DNA from: Saccostrea echinata
Taxonomy: Eukaryota
Direction: 5' to 3'
Assembly: GCF_033153115.1 (NCBI RefSeq)
Contig: NW_026889796.1
Span: 14,198,001 to 14,262,000 of the forward strand
DNA length: 64,000 nucleotides
Made by a program: the position numbers and the translations under genes. Positions 1 through 11,789 of this stretch are shown one piece after another (the stretch's first letter is position 1; every line of letters starts with the position of its first letter). The notes beneath the pieces are model-generated. The model was not told where the DNA came from. It did not search any database and was given only the letters and a program-made list of their open reading frames with translations.

Positions 1-1299
1 AAGTATTCTGGTATATTTCCCAATTATGCCAACAAGAATAACATGCATTGAAGTGACCATGACACAGATTTCAGGTTAATATTTCTTAGAATTTTCAGTA
101 TGATATCATGACTTATATGTTGCTGGATTATTTCGCATCAAAATATCATAAAAGCGCGTTCAGAAAAAAATCTTTTATCTAGAAGTTATTAAAATCAGAA
201 ATATTGTGATATGTCTGATTGACACACATCATTGCAGTTTCACTATGTTAAATTTATCCTTAATATATATATAAGAAAATTAGAAAATTTAGTGTGTATT
301 TATGAAAAACATTAAAAAACTATAATCTAGAAAATTCAGAGTAGAAATGTGAAAAAACAAAATCAACTCAGCAGTACATGTATTTTCAGTCCCAGCTTAG
401 TGATCATGATGTGTGCAAAGTAAACAAATTGAACATCGACAGTAAAATGTAAACATTAACAATAACAGGACTCGTGTTCATGTTGACAATCACAGATGTT
501 TGATGTGATGTTATGAAGAATGTCATTTTCAGTGAAATTTAAGTATTTTCATGCAAATTTGAATTCAATAATCTAAAGTAATTTTTTAATAAAACAGAAA
601 TTTGAAATTGTAAACATAACGCAATGCAACTGTGTCCAGGCCCCTTTACACATCACTGCAACGTATTGACTATTTTGGTTAGGAAAAAAAAATAATATAA
701 ATTGATAAAAAATTTTATTATGAATGTGGTACATATAATAGAAAATATATGATTTAGGAGAAGGAGTAGAACAAGTATTTTTTTAGGCTGTCACTCTCAC
801 AGGATAGGTTTGTAATTAAATGGAGGTACTTCTTCCATTTAATGTGTACCTCTCTTTTACCATAGTTATACCGGAGTTTCCTTAAATAGTTTCTAAATAT
901 CAGACTTTATTCTCTGGCACGGAAATATCTCTCTGAGGGAGCCATATTCTCCTGAATAAGACTAAGGGGGTAAATATAATTGACTATCCTGAATTGAAAT
1001 CAGTGAACAGTAATAAAAGTTTTGTCTGCCCAATTTCCCAGAACAAGCAGAGATTGCACATTTTAAGTTCCCTTTATATTATGTGCGAGTCATGAATCAT
1101 ACAACATTGTCAAATAAAGAAGACATAACTCTCTGGAGATTTTTTTTTAATTCTCTATTTCATATTTGATGTTTCGAATTCCACATATTCACAATTTCTA
1201 CCAAAGTAAATGAACATAAAATGTACAAATTAACTATTAAACTATTTGTTGATGCATCACGTTTCACATTATACCCATTTTCATTTTTCTTTTCAAATG

Positions 1300-2437
1300 T
1301 CAATTATACTCCACATCATTACAGCTTCCTTTACACCAGTCAGGACAGGTTGTGCCTCTTCTACACAGAACCTCAGACATCCGGTTAGCAAATTTGTGAC
1401 AATTATTAGACCAGAGGCTGTAATTACCAAACTTACATCTGTAATTTTTGGCACAACCCTCAATACATTCGGAGCTTAGTTCGCTGTAACCTGCTGGAAA
1501 TTTTTCTTTTGCCCCAGAACATACATCTCCGCTTAACCGACTGGTAGCAATCGACACGTTCGAATTACCTGATTTGAAAAAAAGATATTTTTTTAATTCT
1601 CACGTTTCTTTCACAATGAAAAGGTTAGTTTTCTTTCCGTTTTTATAAAATTTTTTATCGGTTCTCTTAGAATTCATAGCTAGTATAAACACATGTAAAA
1701 TTACTAAAATGTAAAATTACTTGAGGTATACATTATATAAATCTGCATTAAGATATAATTTACAGTCTCATGAGGTCTATCATTTTAAAAACAATATTAT
1801 TATGAATGACAAACAAAAAAGCAAACTAATAGACCTAAGAATTACCATCACTTAAACAGCTTTACATGCCCTGATAAAGACGAAAGGAGTTTTATCACAT
1901 GGACATGGCACATATGTACTTACTTTGGAAATCATAATAATATCCTCTATATTCTATGAATCTGTGGCTGGGGATATAAGGCCATCTAGATGGGGCACTA
2001 CGTCTTTCTCTGTGATGATGTCCTTTGTGATGATGTAAGATGCAGCGGAGATGCGTCGTCCCAAAATAATACGGATAAGCGCCATCTATATTTCGAAAAC
2101 ATATACATTATACTTCAAATTTGTGACGAGAATTTGACTATATAATCAATGTTAAACTCATAAAGCAGAATGTCATTAAAGCATTATGTTTGGATTTTTG
2201 ACGTGTAGCGATCAATCTTATTCAAATACTCTCTTTTTAAATTTTGTATTGTATGTTTTAGAAATGTGGCCCGCATTTTCTTCTTTAGCCAAATGTTCGG
2301 TACTTATTAAGAAGGTATCAACACCAAAAATTTATTTAATGTTTGTTTAATGTAGTTCCTTTGACATAAGGTTTAGGCATTAAAAGACCGACATAAGTTT
2401 TTAATCATTTCGTATTACTTTTTTAATTTTTTTATTT

Positions 2438-2470
<33 letters not shown>

Positions 2471-4313
2471 ATTATCTTTGAGAAAAATAATTAAAGTTGT
2501 TTTGATTGAAGTAAGACATTTTTTTAGCTTAAATCTTGCTGCTAATTAATGCGTTATATAAATAATTAATGTAAAATAGCAAAAGGAGTCAGATACATTT
2601 TTCTTTATTTAATGTAAAAATCAGTATTAATTATATTTTTTTTTAATTTATGGATAAAATCTTTTAAAAAAATTTTGTTTATAGAAGGGTAATATAAGAC
2701 AATTACATTAAAAATGAAATGTCGAAATTTCAAAAAAAATGTCTTGTTATCAAATTTGCACCATTCACGACTTAGTTTAAACCCATTTCAATAAATATTC
2801 AAAAAAAAAATCAACAAATAACTGTCCATCTGATCCAGTAGCCAGGGAGAAATCAATTTAGATTCAACTGATTAAAAAATTATATAACAACCATGAAATT
2901 CAGAATTTTTGTGAATTTTTGATAAACATTTTCATTTTAAATAATTGCAGTCGAGATCAGTATAATTTTAATCATTTTTTTCGTCAATTCCATAGTTTAT
3001 TTTCAATTAAAAAATGGTTTTCAGTATTTCTTTTCTATAATAAAATATTTCTTGAAAATGTTATTCAAATTTAAATAATCTAATTAACATTGATTTCCAT
3101 TTCTGTAAATAACTTTTATTAAATAAACTAAAATATCATTATTTAACACCAAATTTTATCTCCTGTTTCTTATTTGCAATCAAAACATTTCAATCTTCAG
3201 TGAATTTTTAAAAAAAAAAATCAAGAGGTTATATTGGTCTTTTACTACTATTTCTGAGTTTATATGTCAGAAAGAAATACTTTAAGAATCCATTAAATAA
3301 ACCTTTGGTGTGTCATACTACCCGAATAGAAGCAAATTTAATTTATCACCTTTATTGGGCATGTAAATAAATAAGTACTGGTACGAGATAACAGGTATTT
3401 GACAATATTTCTTTTTAACACAATACAAGCAGTTGATATACAATTACTCTCATCATTTGTTGACATTAATTTCAACAAAGATCGGAACACAACTCTTACT
3501 CAGTTCCTCTTCGAGGACAATGCCAGGTGGAGAGATTGGCTAACGAGGAATATTCGACATGGCCGTAGAAACCGGGGGGGGGGGGGACGGGGGGCCGTGC
3601 CCCACAATAATTTTGCCGATATTAAGATTACTATAGTAAACATAGATACTATATGCTTGTGCCCCCTCAATAAAAACGTCTGATGACCTTTTTTTTTTTT
3701 TTTTGCTAGTCAAGGAATTTTTAGTAGTTGATGACCTTTTTTTTTGGTTGTCAGGAAATTTTTGGAACTGAAAATGTAAGGCTGTGCCACCCCACCCCAC
3801 CCCACCCCCCCAAACTGAATTTGCTTCCTACGGGCCTGTTCGACAATTTTTAATGATCATAGAAAAATGATTACATCGACCTATGACACATCACATATAA
3901 ACAACACTCTGTCCAGCCTCTTCTTATTGCTACTAAAGCTTCCTTTTAAGAACTAAAACCTCTCAATCTGCTAGTTTTACGTACTACCTTGAATAATGCC
4001 TGAAAATTTAATCACCTACCTCGATATGGGCATGCTTCCTCGTATTCATTAAAGAACCAACCATAAAAGCAGGAAACATCAAGAAATAAGGAGCACGCCA
4101 GAATGAATACCTGAAAATATAATGATTTCTGGTTTTGGATAGAATCCTAAAATAAAAATTTATATTGAAATATCACATTATTTGGTACCGTTTATGTGCT
4201 AAACCTGCTCCAAATCCTGTGACATTCTAATGACAAAATAAAAAACTAATTTATCCATTCTCTAAGTGGATACATAATCTATGTCTCTAACAACTTACAG
4301 TAAAGAAATGCAT
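1300..4313 (-). CDS. Secreted Cys-rich PPPDE/DeSI-like (permuted papain fold) peptidase, copy 1; 4 exons, 178 aa
   Basis: Exons 4313-4299, 4110-4020, 2085-1924, 1568-1300, all GT..AG and phase-compatible (537 nt). Protein MHFFTVFILACSLFLDVSC-FYGWFFNEYEEACPYRDGAYPYYFGTTHLRCILHHHKGHHHRERRSAPSRWPYIPSHRFIEYRGYYYDFQSNSNVSIATSRL...GNYSLWSNNCHKFANRMSEVLCRRGTTCPDWCKGSCNDVEYN. H76 and C146 fit the PPPDE motifs. Exons are conserved across paralogs while introns diverge. Confidence 0.88.
3558..3838. mobile_element. GC-rich-ended hAT-like MITE in intron 2 of copy 1
   Basis: Imperfect TIR CATGGCCGTAGAAAC / GCTTCCTACGGGCCTG and TSD TTCGA. Absent at the homologous site of copy 2 (~7585). Confidence 0.75.
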
Positions 4314-4520
4314 CTTGGCTGTCTGAAAGTTGAGTTTGTGGGGAATGCTTTATATAGGATTCAATCAAAGCTCTTACACTTGACAAAAAGTTTATAATTT
4401 TTCAAAGAACACGCCCCTTTTCCAATAATAAACGTCATATAAAGCAGTTATGACATCCTTCGTTCCAATTATGAACGTCAAATCAAGTAGGATCTACCAA
4501 GAATCTACGTTTAAGTGACC
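4314..4520 (-). promoter_or_regulatory. Core promoter of copy 1
   Basis: Reverse complement of the copy 2 promoter block. TATATAAA at 4356-4349. Confidence 0.6.
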
Positions 4521-4677
4521 GTTTGGTAACAAATACTTAAACAACAAAGGTCTCTCTTTACTATGAGTATTTATGCATTTTTAAAGTAAACAACACGTAA
4601 CTCTTTCACAGAATTAATACCCGATTTCAAACAGCACCTTTGTATAACTCAGCAACATGACAAATGAACTGAAAAAA

Positions 4678-4715
<38 letters not shown>

Positions 4716-7059
4716 AAGTTATGAATGTTAATTATAGAAGTTATCTGCAATGTATTCCGAAATATTGCAATATTAAAAAAAATCATATACTAAAATCTCG
4801 TTCGTATGCTAAAAGCTGATTCAAATGAAAACAATAATTCTATAATACTGCATTTAAACAGTCATGATAATAATTGGCAGAATTAGCTATTTCTACTTTT
4901 TATGGAGTAATGTTTTAAAATAAGCTAATTTCCTCTAAATGTCATGTATAGCTTATTATCATAAAACGATTTTGTAAATAAAAGTTTTCGGAAAAAAAAG
5001 TAAAAGTTTAATACGAATGCCATATATTGCGTCAAAAAATCATATTTGATTTTCGATTCTAAAGACAAATCTGTAGACCCCCGGGAAATAGCCAGGCTTT
5101 CCTCCCTTCAAAGTGAAGCATCCCCTTCAGAAGTGGTTTCCGAATACAGTTAAACTTGGTTATAGGAAAGTCACTGGGACTTTAAATTTCAGTTCCTTAT
5201 TACCGGGATTCTTTCTCCATTTAACGAGGTCCAATCTAGTTGGAAATTACAAAAATGGACCGGAAAATATTTTCGAATTTTGGATATGTACTGTTCAAAT
5301 AAAGGATAATGGGAATAAAACGCTTAATAATATAAATTATTTTTGTCATACATGAGAACATGATTTATTCGAATAAAATTTATCATTTTTGAACGCTTTT
5401 GCAAACTTGATACATTCCACGGGAGTCACAAACAAAAAGACTTGATTTTGAAATGTTCTAAAATTTTGTCTTTTTAATACATTTCTTTTGTTGGTATCTG
5501 ATCCACATCTTTCAGGAAGAAAATGTCTATCAAAAGCTTGGGATCTCGATTTTTTGTTTCTAATATTTTGAAAATTTACGCTGATTAAAACTAATTCAAC
5601 TGAACCTACAGTAAATTACATGAATTGAAGTAGAATAAAGTATTCTTATCATCCTAGAAGATCTAAATGAGATAACTGAAAATATTATTTTCATGCATTT
5701 TCCGAGTGTAAGTAAAACAACAGAAAGATCTCTAATTCCCTATTGTATTTGAACTTTTTCCTGGAGAAATTTTGCAGGTACCGCTACCCTATGTTAAGAA
5801 AGAACGAGATAAAATAAATATGCACACGTTAATATTATTTTCTTAGACTCCAAAAACTCTTCTAGTATTTACAATTTCCTTAATTAATGCAATTTGTATA
5901 TAATTTTAAATGAAGACTAAAATATCATTTCCTTCAAGTCTTGCAATCTTGGAAATTCTTTCTTAAAATTAGAGGTTATTGCAATAGCTACGTTATATAA
6001 ATTAACAGTCTGGATTTCTTTCTTCATGGGGTTGCGCCAGTTTACTATTTAAAGAAAAAACCTTAGTATGACGTAAATATCTTCGTCAAAAATCTACGTC
6101 AGTACTCAAAAAGCGATAAGTTAATATAGTACTCTATGTTGAGCAAGAACGACATAAAATAAATATGCACACTTTTATATTATTTCCTTAAACTCCAAAA
6201 ACGTTTTAGTGTTCACAGTTTCCTTAAATAATGCAATAAATATTATGTGCATATTTTTTGTTCGTTAGTCCTGAAAAAAATATAGGTTGATAAAGTTCTT
6301 TAACAAAAATCAACCTTTAATTCGGATAAAACTATAATGACTATTTTTTGTATGTGACTCATATTTAAAACAGGCCATGCACTACTGAGCAAGATTTTAT
6401 AATGAACTATTTTCTTTCAGGAGAAAGACAATAAGTCCTCAAAAGCTTGATTTTCAATAATTATAAGTATTACCATTTCTTTGTCAAATAATGGAGAGAA
6501 AATGAACTTTTCCTAAATTTTGCATACCTTGACAAACTTAGACACAAATCATTGTTGAATTTTTTTATCAAATACCTTGACAAATTGTAATATTTAATTC
6601 CTCTTATCTTTATTGTAACGATAACAATGTAACATTTTACATAGAAAATTAACACAAATATTAAAATAGAGTATAGTTAAATGCAATTACATGAATATTG
6701 AAGTTTCAGTAGGCTTGAAGACGTGGTTTTGTTCGAGTTGCAACTAAACCAAAATTTATCAATTTTAAATATCTAATAAAGTATTTACATGTAAAATTTA
6801 TTTGAGGAACGAATTAATTGTTTCCATATAAAAAATCTTATTTCTTTTAATTCCACGAGAGAGAGAGAGAGAGAGAGAGCTGCGACTGATTTTTTCAGTT
6901 CATTTGCCATATTGCAGAGTTATACAAAGGTGTTGTTTAAAATCGGGTATTAATTTTGTGAAAGAGTTATGTGTTGTTTACTTAAAAAAGTATAAATGCT
7001 CATGATAAAGAGAGACTTTTGATGTTTAAGTAGTTGTTACCAAACGGTCACTTAAACGT

Positions 7060-7252
7060 AGTTTCTTGGTAGATCCTACTTGATTTGACGTTCATAATTG
7101 GAACGAAGGATGTCATAACTGCTTTATATGACGTTTATTATTGGAAAAAGGCCGCGTTCTTCGAAAAATCATAAACATTTTGTCACATCTAAGAGCTTTA
7201 ATTGAATCCTATATAAAACATTCTCCACAAACTCAACTTTCATACAGCCAAG
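7060..7252 (+). promoter_or_regulatory. Core promoter of copy 2 (TATA, two ATTGG/CCAAT boxes, TGACG half-sites)
   Basis: ttgacgttcataattggaac...tatgacgtttattattggaaaaag...cctatataaaa, with TATA 43 nt before the ATG. The block is conserved in copies 1, 3 and 4. Confidence 0.6.
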
Positions 7253-9457
7253 ATGCATTTCTTCACTGTAAGTTGTTAGAAACATAGATTATGTATCCAC
7301 TCAGAGAACGAATAAATTAATTTCTTATTTTGTCATTAGAGTGTCACGGGATTTGGAGCAGGTTTAGCACATAAACTGCACCAAATAATGTGATTTTTAT
7401 TTTAGGATTCTATTCAAAACTAAAAATCATAATATTTTCAGGTATTTATACTAGCGTGTACCTTATTTCTTGATGTTTCCTGCTTTTATGGTTGGTTCTT
7501 TGGTGAATACGAGAAAGGATGCCCATATAGAGGTTAGTGATTAAGTAAACAAGCATTATTCAAGGTAGTATGTAAAAGAAATGCCGAATATTCCTTGTTA
7601 GCTATTCTCTTCACCTGGCATTGTCTTCGGTGAGGGCCAAAAGCTTTACACTGGAACTGTATAAGAGATGTGTCCTCATCTCTGTTGAAATTAATGTCAA
7701 TAAATGATGAAAGTTATGATTTTTCAACTGCTCGTATTGTGTTAAAAACAAATATTGTCCAATACTTGTAAATACCATATTTTTTAAATTGAAATGAAAT
7801 TGACAAAAAATAAATTTTTAAACCTTTCCCGATTAAAATTATACGGCTCTCGACTGCAAATATTTAAAGTGAAAATGTTTAACAATTTCACAAAAATTCT
7901 TAATTCCATGGTTGTAATGTGATTTTTAAAATCAGTTGAGCATAAATTCAGATGGACAGTAATTTATTGATATTTTATTTTGCATTAATATTTATTGGGA
8001 TCGGATAAATCTAAGTAGTAATTGTGCAAATTTGATAACAAGCCACTTTCCCTTAAATTTCGATATTTCATTTTTAATGTAATTGTGTTATATTTCCTTT
8101 CTATAACTCAAATGTTTCTCTAAAAATGATTTTATCCGTAAATTAAAAAATATATTATCGAATAATGATTTTCATATTCATAAATAAATATTTGCATGAA
8201 ATAAAGTAAAATGTCTTCCTGACTCCTCTTGCCACTTTTCATTAAATATTTATATAATGCATTAATTAGCAGCGAAATTGAAGCTCAAACATGTCTTATT
8301 TCAACCAAAACAATTTTATTTTATTTTTCTAAAAGATAACCAAAAGGACAAAAAAATAAATTTAAAAATATTTTTAAAAAATTTAAAAGCTTATGTCGGT
8401 CTTTTAATGTCTGAACCACATTAAACAGCCATTTAATAAACTTGCATTGTTGATACTTCCTTAAAGAGCACCGAAACTTTAGCTAAAGAAGTATTAATTC
8501 GGGCCACATTTCTTAAACATGTATATTGAAATTTAAAAAGAGTGTATTTGAATAGAATTGATCGCTATATGTCAAAAATCCGAATATAATACTTTAATGA
8601 CATTCCGCTTTGTGAGTTTAACATTGATTATTTAGGCAAATTCTCAACACAAATTTTAAGTATAATTTATATATATTCCAAATATAGATGGCGCTAATCC
8701 GTATTATTTTGGGACAACGCATCTCCGCTGCATCTTACATCATCACAAAGGACATCATCATAGAGGAAGACGTAGTGCACCCTCTAGATGGACTTATGTC
8801 CCCAGCCACCGATTCATAGAATACAAAGGATACTATTATGATTTCCAAAGTAAGTACATATGTACCATGTCCATTTGCTAAAACTCCTTTTGTCTTTATC
8901 AGAGCAAGTTATGTTGTTTAAGTGAAGGTAATTCTTAAATCTATTTGATCGCTTCTTTGTTTGTCATTCCTAATAATGTTGTTTTTAAAACAATAAACCT
9001 CATGAAACTGTCAATAATATCTTAGTGCAGATTTATACAATTTATAGCTCAAGTAATTTTACATGTGCTTACACTAGTTATGAATTCTAAGAGAACTAAT
9101 AAAAAAATATATAAAAACGGAAAGAAAACTAACCTTCTCATTGTGAAAGAAATGTGAGAATTAAAGTTATTCTTATTTTTAAATTCAGGTAATTCGAACG
9201 TGTCGATAGCTAACAGTCGGTTAAGTGGAGATGTATGTTCTGGGGCAAAAGAAAAATCTCCAGCAGGTTACAGCGAACTAAGCTCCGAATGTATTGAGGG
9301 TTGTGCCAAAAATTACAGATGTAAGTTTGGTAATTACAGCCTCTGGTCTAATAACTGTCACAGATTTGCTAACCGGATGTCTGAGGTTCTTTGTAGAAGA
9401 GGCACAACCTGTCCTGACTGGTGTAAAGGAAGCTGTAATGATGTGGAGTATAATTGA
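7253..9457 (+). CDS. Secreted Cys-rich PPPDE/DeSI-like peptidase, copy 2; 4 exons, 178 aa
   Basis: Exons 7253-7267, 7442-7532, 8688-8849, 9189-9457, with GT..AG boundaries. MHFFTVFILACTLFLDVSC-FYGWFFGEYEKGCPYRDGANPYYFGTTHLRCILHHHKGHHHRGRRSAPSRWTYVPSHRFIEYKGYYYDFQSNSNV...NYSLWSNNCHRFAN...EYN. TATATAAA lies at 7210-7217. Confidence 0.88.
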
Positions 9458-10189
9458 CATTTGAAAAGAAAAATGAAAATGGGTATAATGTGAAACGTGA
9501 TGCATCAACAATTCCGAAATTTCATCTAGTTTAATAGTTTATTTGTACATTTTATGTTCATTTACTTTGGTACAATTTGTGAATATGTGGAATTCGAAAC
9601 ATGAACTATGAAAAATAAAATTTAAAAAAAAATCCTCAGAGAGTTGTCTTCTTTGTTTTACAATGTTTTATGATTCATGAAGTTATATCTTATTTAATAC
9701 AAATCATACATAATACTAGATTGAATTCAAATGCGCAGTCTCTGCTTGTTGTGGGGAATAGGCCAAACATAATTTCTATTATTTTTTACTGATTCCATTT
9801 CAGGATATTCAATTCTACTTCCCCCGTAGTCTATTTCATGAGAATATGGCTCTCTCAAAGAGATAAATTTCTGTGCCAAAGAATACCATTTTAAGAATTT
9901 TTTCTTTTGAAATGTAGAGATTTACAACACAATTGCCTTTAAAAATTGCTTTGCAATCATATAAAGATACGCTCTGTTAAAAAATAGATACAAATGCCAA
10001 GCTTTAAGAAATATCACATTTCTTCCTTAAAATATGCTACAAGATCTTTCTCAATTAATTGAAGATCTTTCTCAGTTATTCGATTATATTTCATCTCATA
10101 ATTGATTTTATTTTTTTGGAATGCATGACTTAAAAATTATTGCTTTTAAATACTTTTTCTTTATATTTTCACTGAATTGTCTCCGGATT

Positions 10190-10385
10190 TCCCGTTTACA
10201 TGTACCTGATTATTACAAGGAACTCAGACCGGTGTGACTGGTAGACAGGGAATGATAATTCATCCACGGCAAACTGATCACAACTTTGATGATTTAGAGG
10301 TCCGTGTTTGATTGTCCGTGTCTGCTGTCAATTTATATTGTTCCAATGGACTTTTGAGCTTGATTAATGTTCGTTATCGTCAGAT
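10190..10385 (+). mobile_element. Decayed Penelope-like 3'UTR fragment
   Basis: ggtgtgactggtagacagggaatg...ctgatc...gaggtccgtgtttg...tgttcgttatc matches the reverse complement of 14540-14690. Confidence 0.6.
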
Positions 10386-11789
10386 TTCATTCCGTGGAAT
10401 TTACTTAATACCAGTTGTTTTCCCAAATATTTTTATTATGCCTCTGTCACTGTCACGTTTCTGCATCGTTTATAATGGGACTCTGAAAGACTGCCAGTTT
10501 GTCTATATTTGGGGGGATTTGCCATGGAAACCATGCCACATAGCAACCAATTTTTTTTCTGATATAAGCTAATGGTGTCAAAGACTTTTATCATTAGGAT
10601 ATGAAGCGTGTCACGGCTTCTATATTAGAGTGAAAGTCATAACAGAGAATGGCTCTTATCTGACTTTTTCTTAAATGTGTAATTTGAATTTTGATAAGGT
10701 TTATCAAATGAAAACACAAATTTCATTTGTAGTTTGAGGGAAGATGATACTATATATCTTGTCTTTGTAATTCTTCAAGATCACTAACTTTTATCATAGG
10801 AACAAACACAGTTCATAGAACTCTAGCCTCCAAGACTAATATATCTTTTTTTTTAAATTTATTCTTATGAGGTTTCTCACATGGATTTAACGACATCCCC
10901 CTCACCTTATTCTTTTATATTCATAAATAAATGCCTAATTACATTGTTTACTTATCAGCTTCCTTTATTTCATTAGCCAAATGTCAATGATACCATCTTG
11001 AAGATCAGTAATTTGAATGGACTATGAACCTGTTTGCAATTCAATCTTGGCAAGGAAGTTCAAAGTTTAATAAGAAGACATGCACTTGTAACACACAGAA
11101 ATAGGTCAACCAGAAGAATATTTTTTTGCCACGGTAATTTATATGAATCCTTTGAATGAAGCATTTGTTTTGTCCTACACTTGTTTCGTCTCGTCAGCAA
11201 GTTTCAAACTATATTTGTGACATTTCTTGTCAGATTCACTTCAAATTTTGACAAATATTGAGGTAGTTGTTCTTTTTTTTTTAAAAAAACATAAAGCATT
11301 TATGACTCCTGTATTAATAATTACTATAGAGCTTTGTTTTATTTCTGAAGTATTTATTCATAATGATAAATGCATGCGTCTCACCATAGCCTTGAAAGAA
11401 GTAATCTTGATCTGATAATCTTAGACAAGAAAGATATTCGCAAAAATTTCTACCGTTTTGGGGGGAACATTGAAGGTATGTTAAACCAGGTTTGTCCATC
11501 CTCCCTTTAATCCAGTTAAACACAATACCCAAAGCCCCAAAATATTATATTTCCAATAATTTTCCTTTCCTGTTCCTGGATAGGATGATTGGAAATCTTA
11601 GTCTAGACGTTTTGGTAACCCGTTTCTTCTCGGACCTGTGGTTCATTTACTTTCAGTTTTTGCTCTTTATTCGCAACCTCCAGCCAGAAAAGAACAAATT
11701 ATTCCTCATTCAACAATTCTGCAGACTATGTATTGTGAAAGTTTCCATTTTGTTACCTAACCCTAATCTTAGCGAAATATTGAATTGAA

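Larger units (their letters stand above)
908..9885. repeat. Inverted segmental duplication (arms ~908-4713 and ~6857-9885) placing copies 1 and 2 head-to-head
   Basis: Reverse-complement similarity runs through exons, introns, 3' flank and promoter. The inner ends fall at (CT)n 4682-4714 and (GA)n 6857-6879. Confidence 0.9.

Noticed and set aside
1-648. Possible right end of a Kolobok-like element (gtgtccaggcccct-ttac)
   Set aside because: The left end would be outside the window and the TTAA is imperfect, so it cannot be supported.
1246-1479. 77-aa ORF conserved in two places (also 9278-9511)
   Set aside because: Antisense shadow of exon 4 of the real gene. Its recurrence is explained by the duplication.
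9200-9457. Stand-alone defensin-like Cys-rich peptide
   Set aside because: It starts at GTG, lacks a signal peptide and is preceded by a splice acceptor. It is the last exon of the larger gene.
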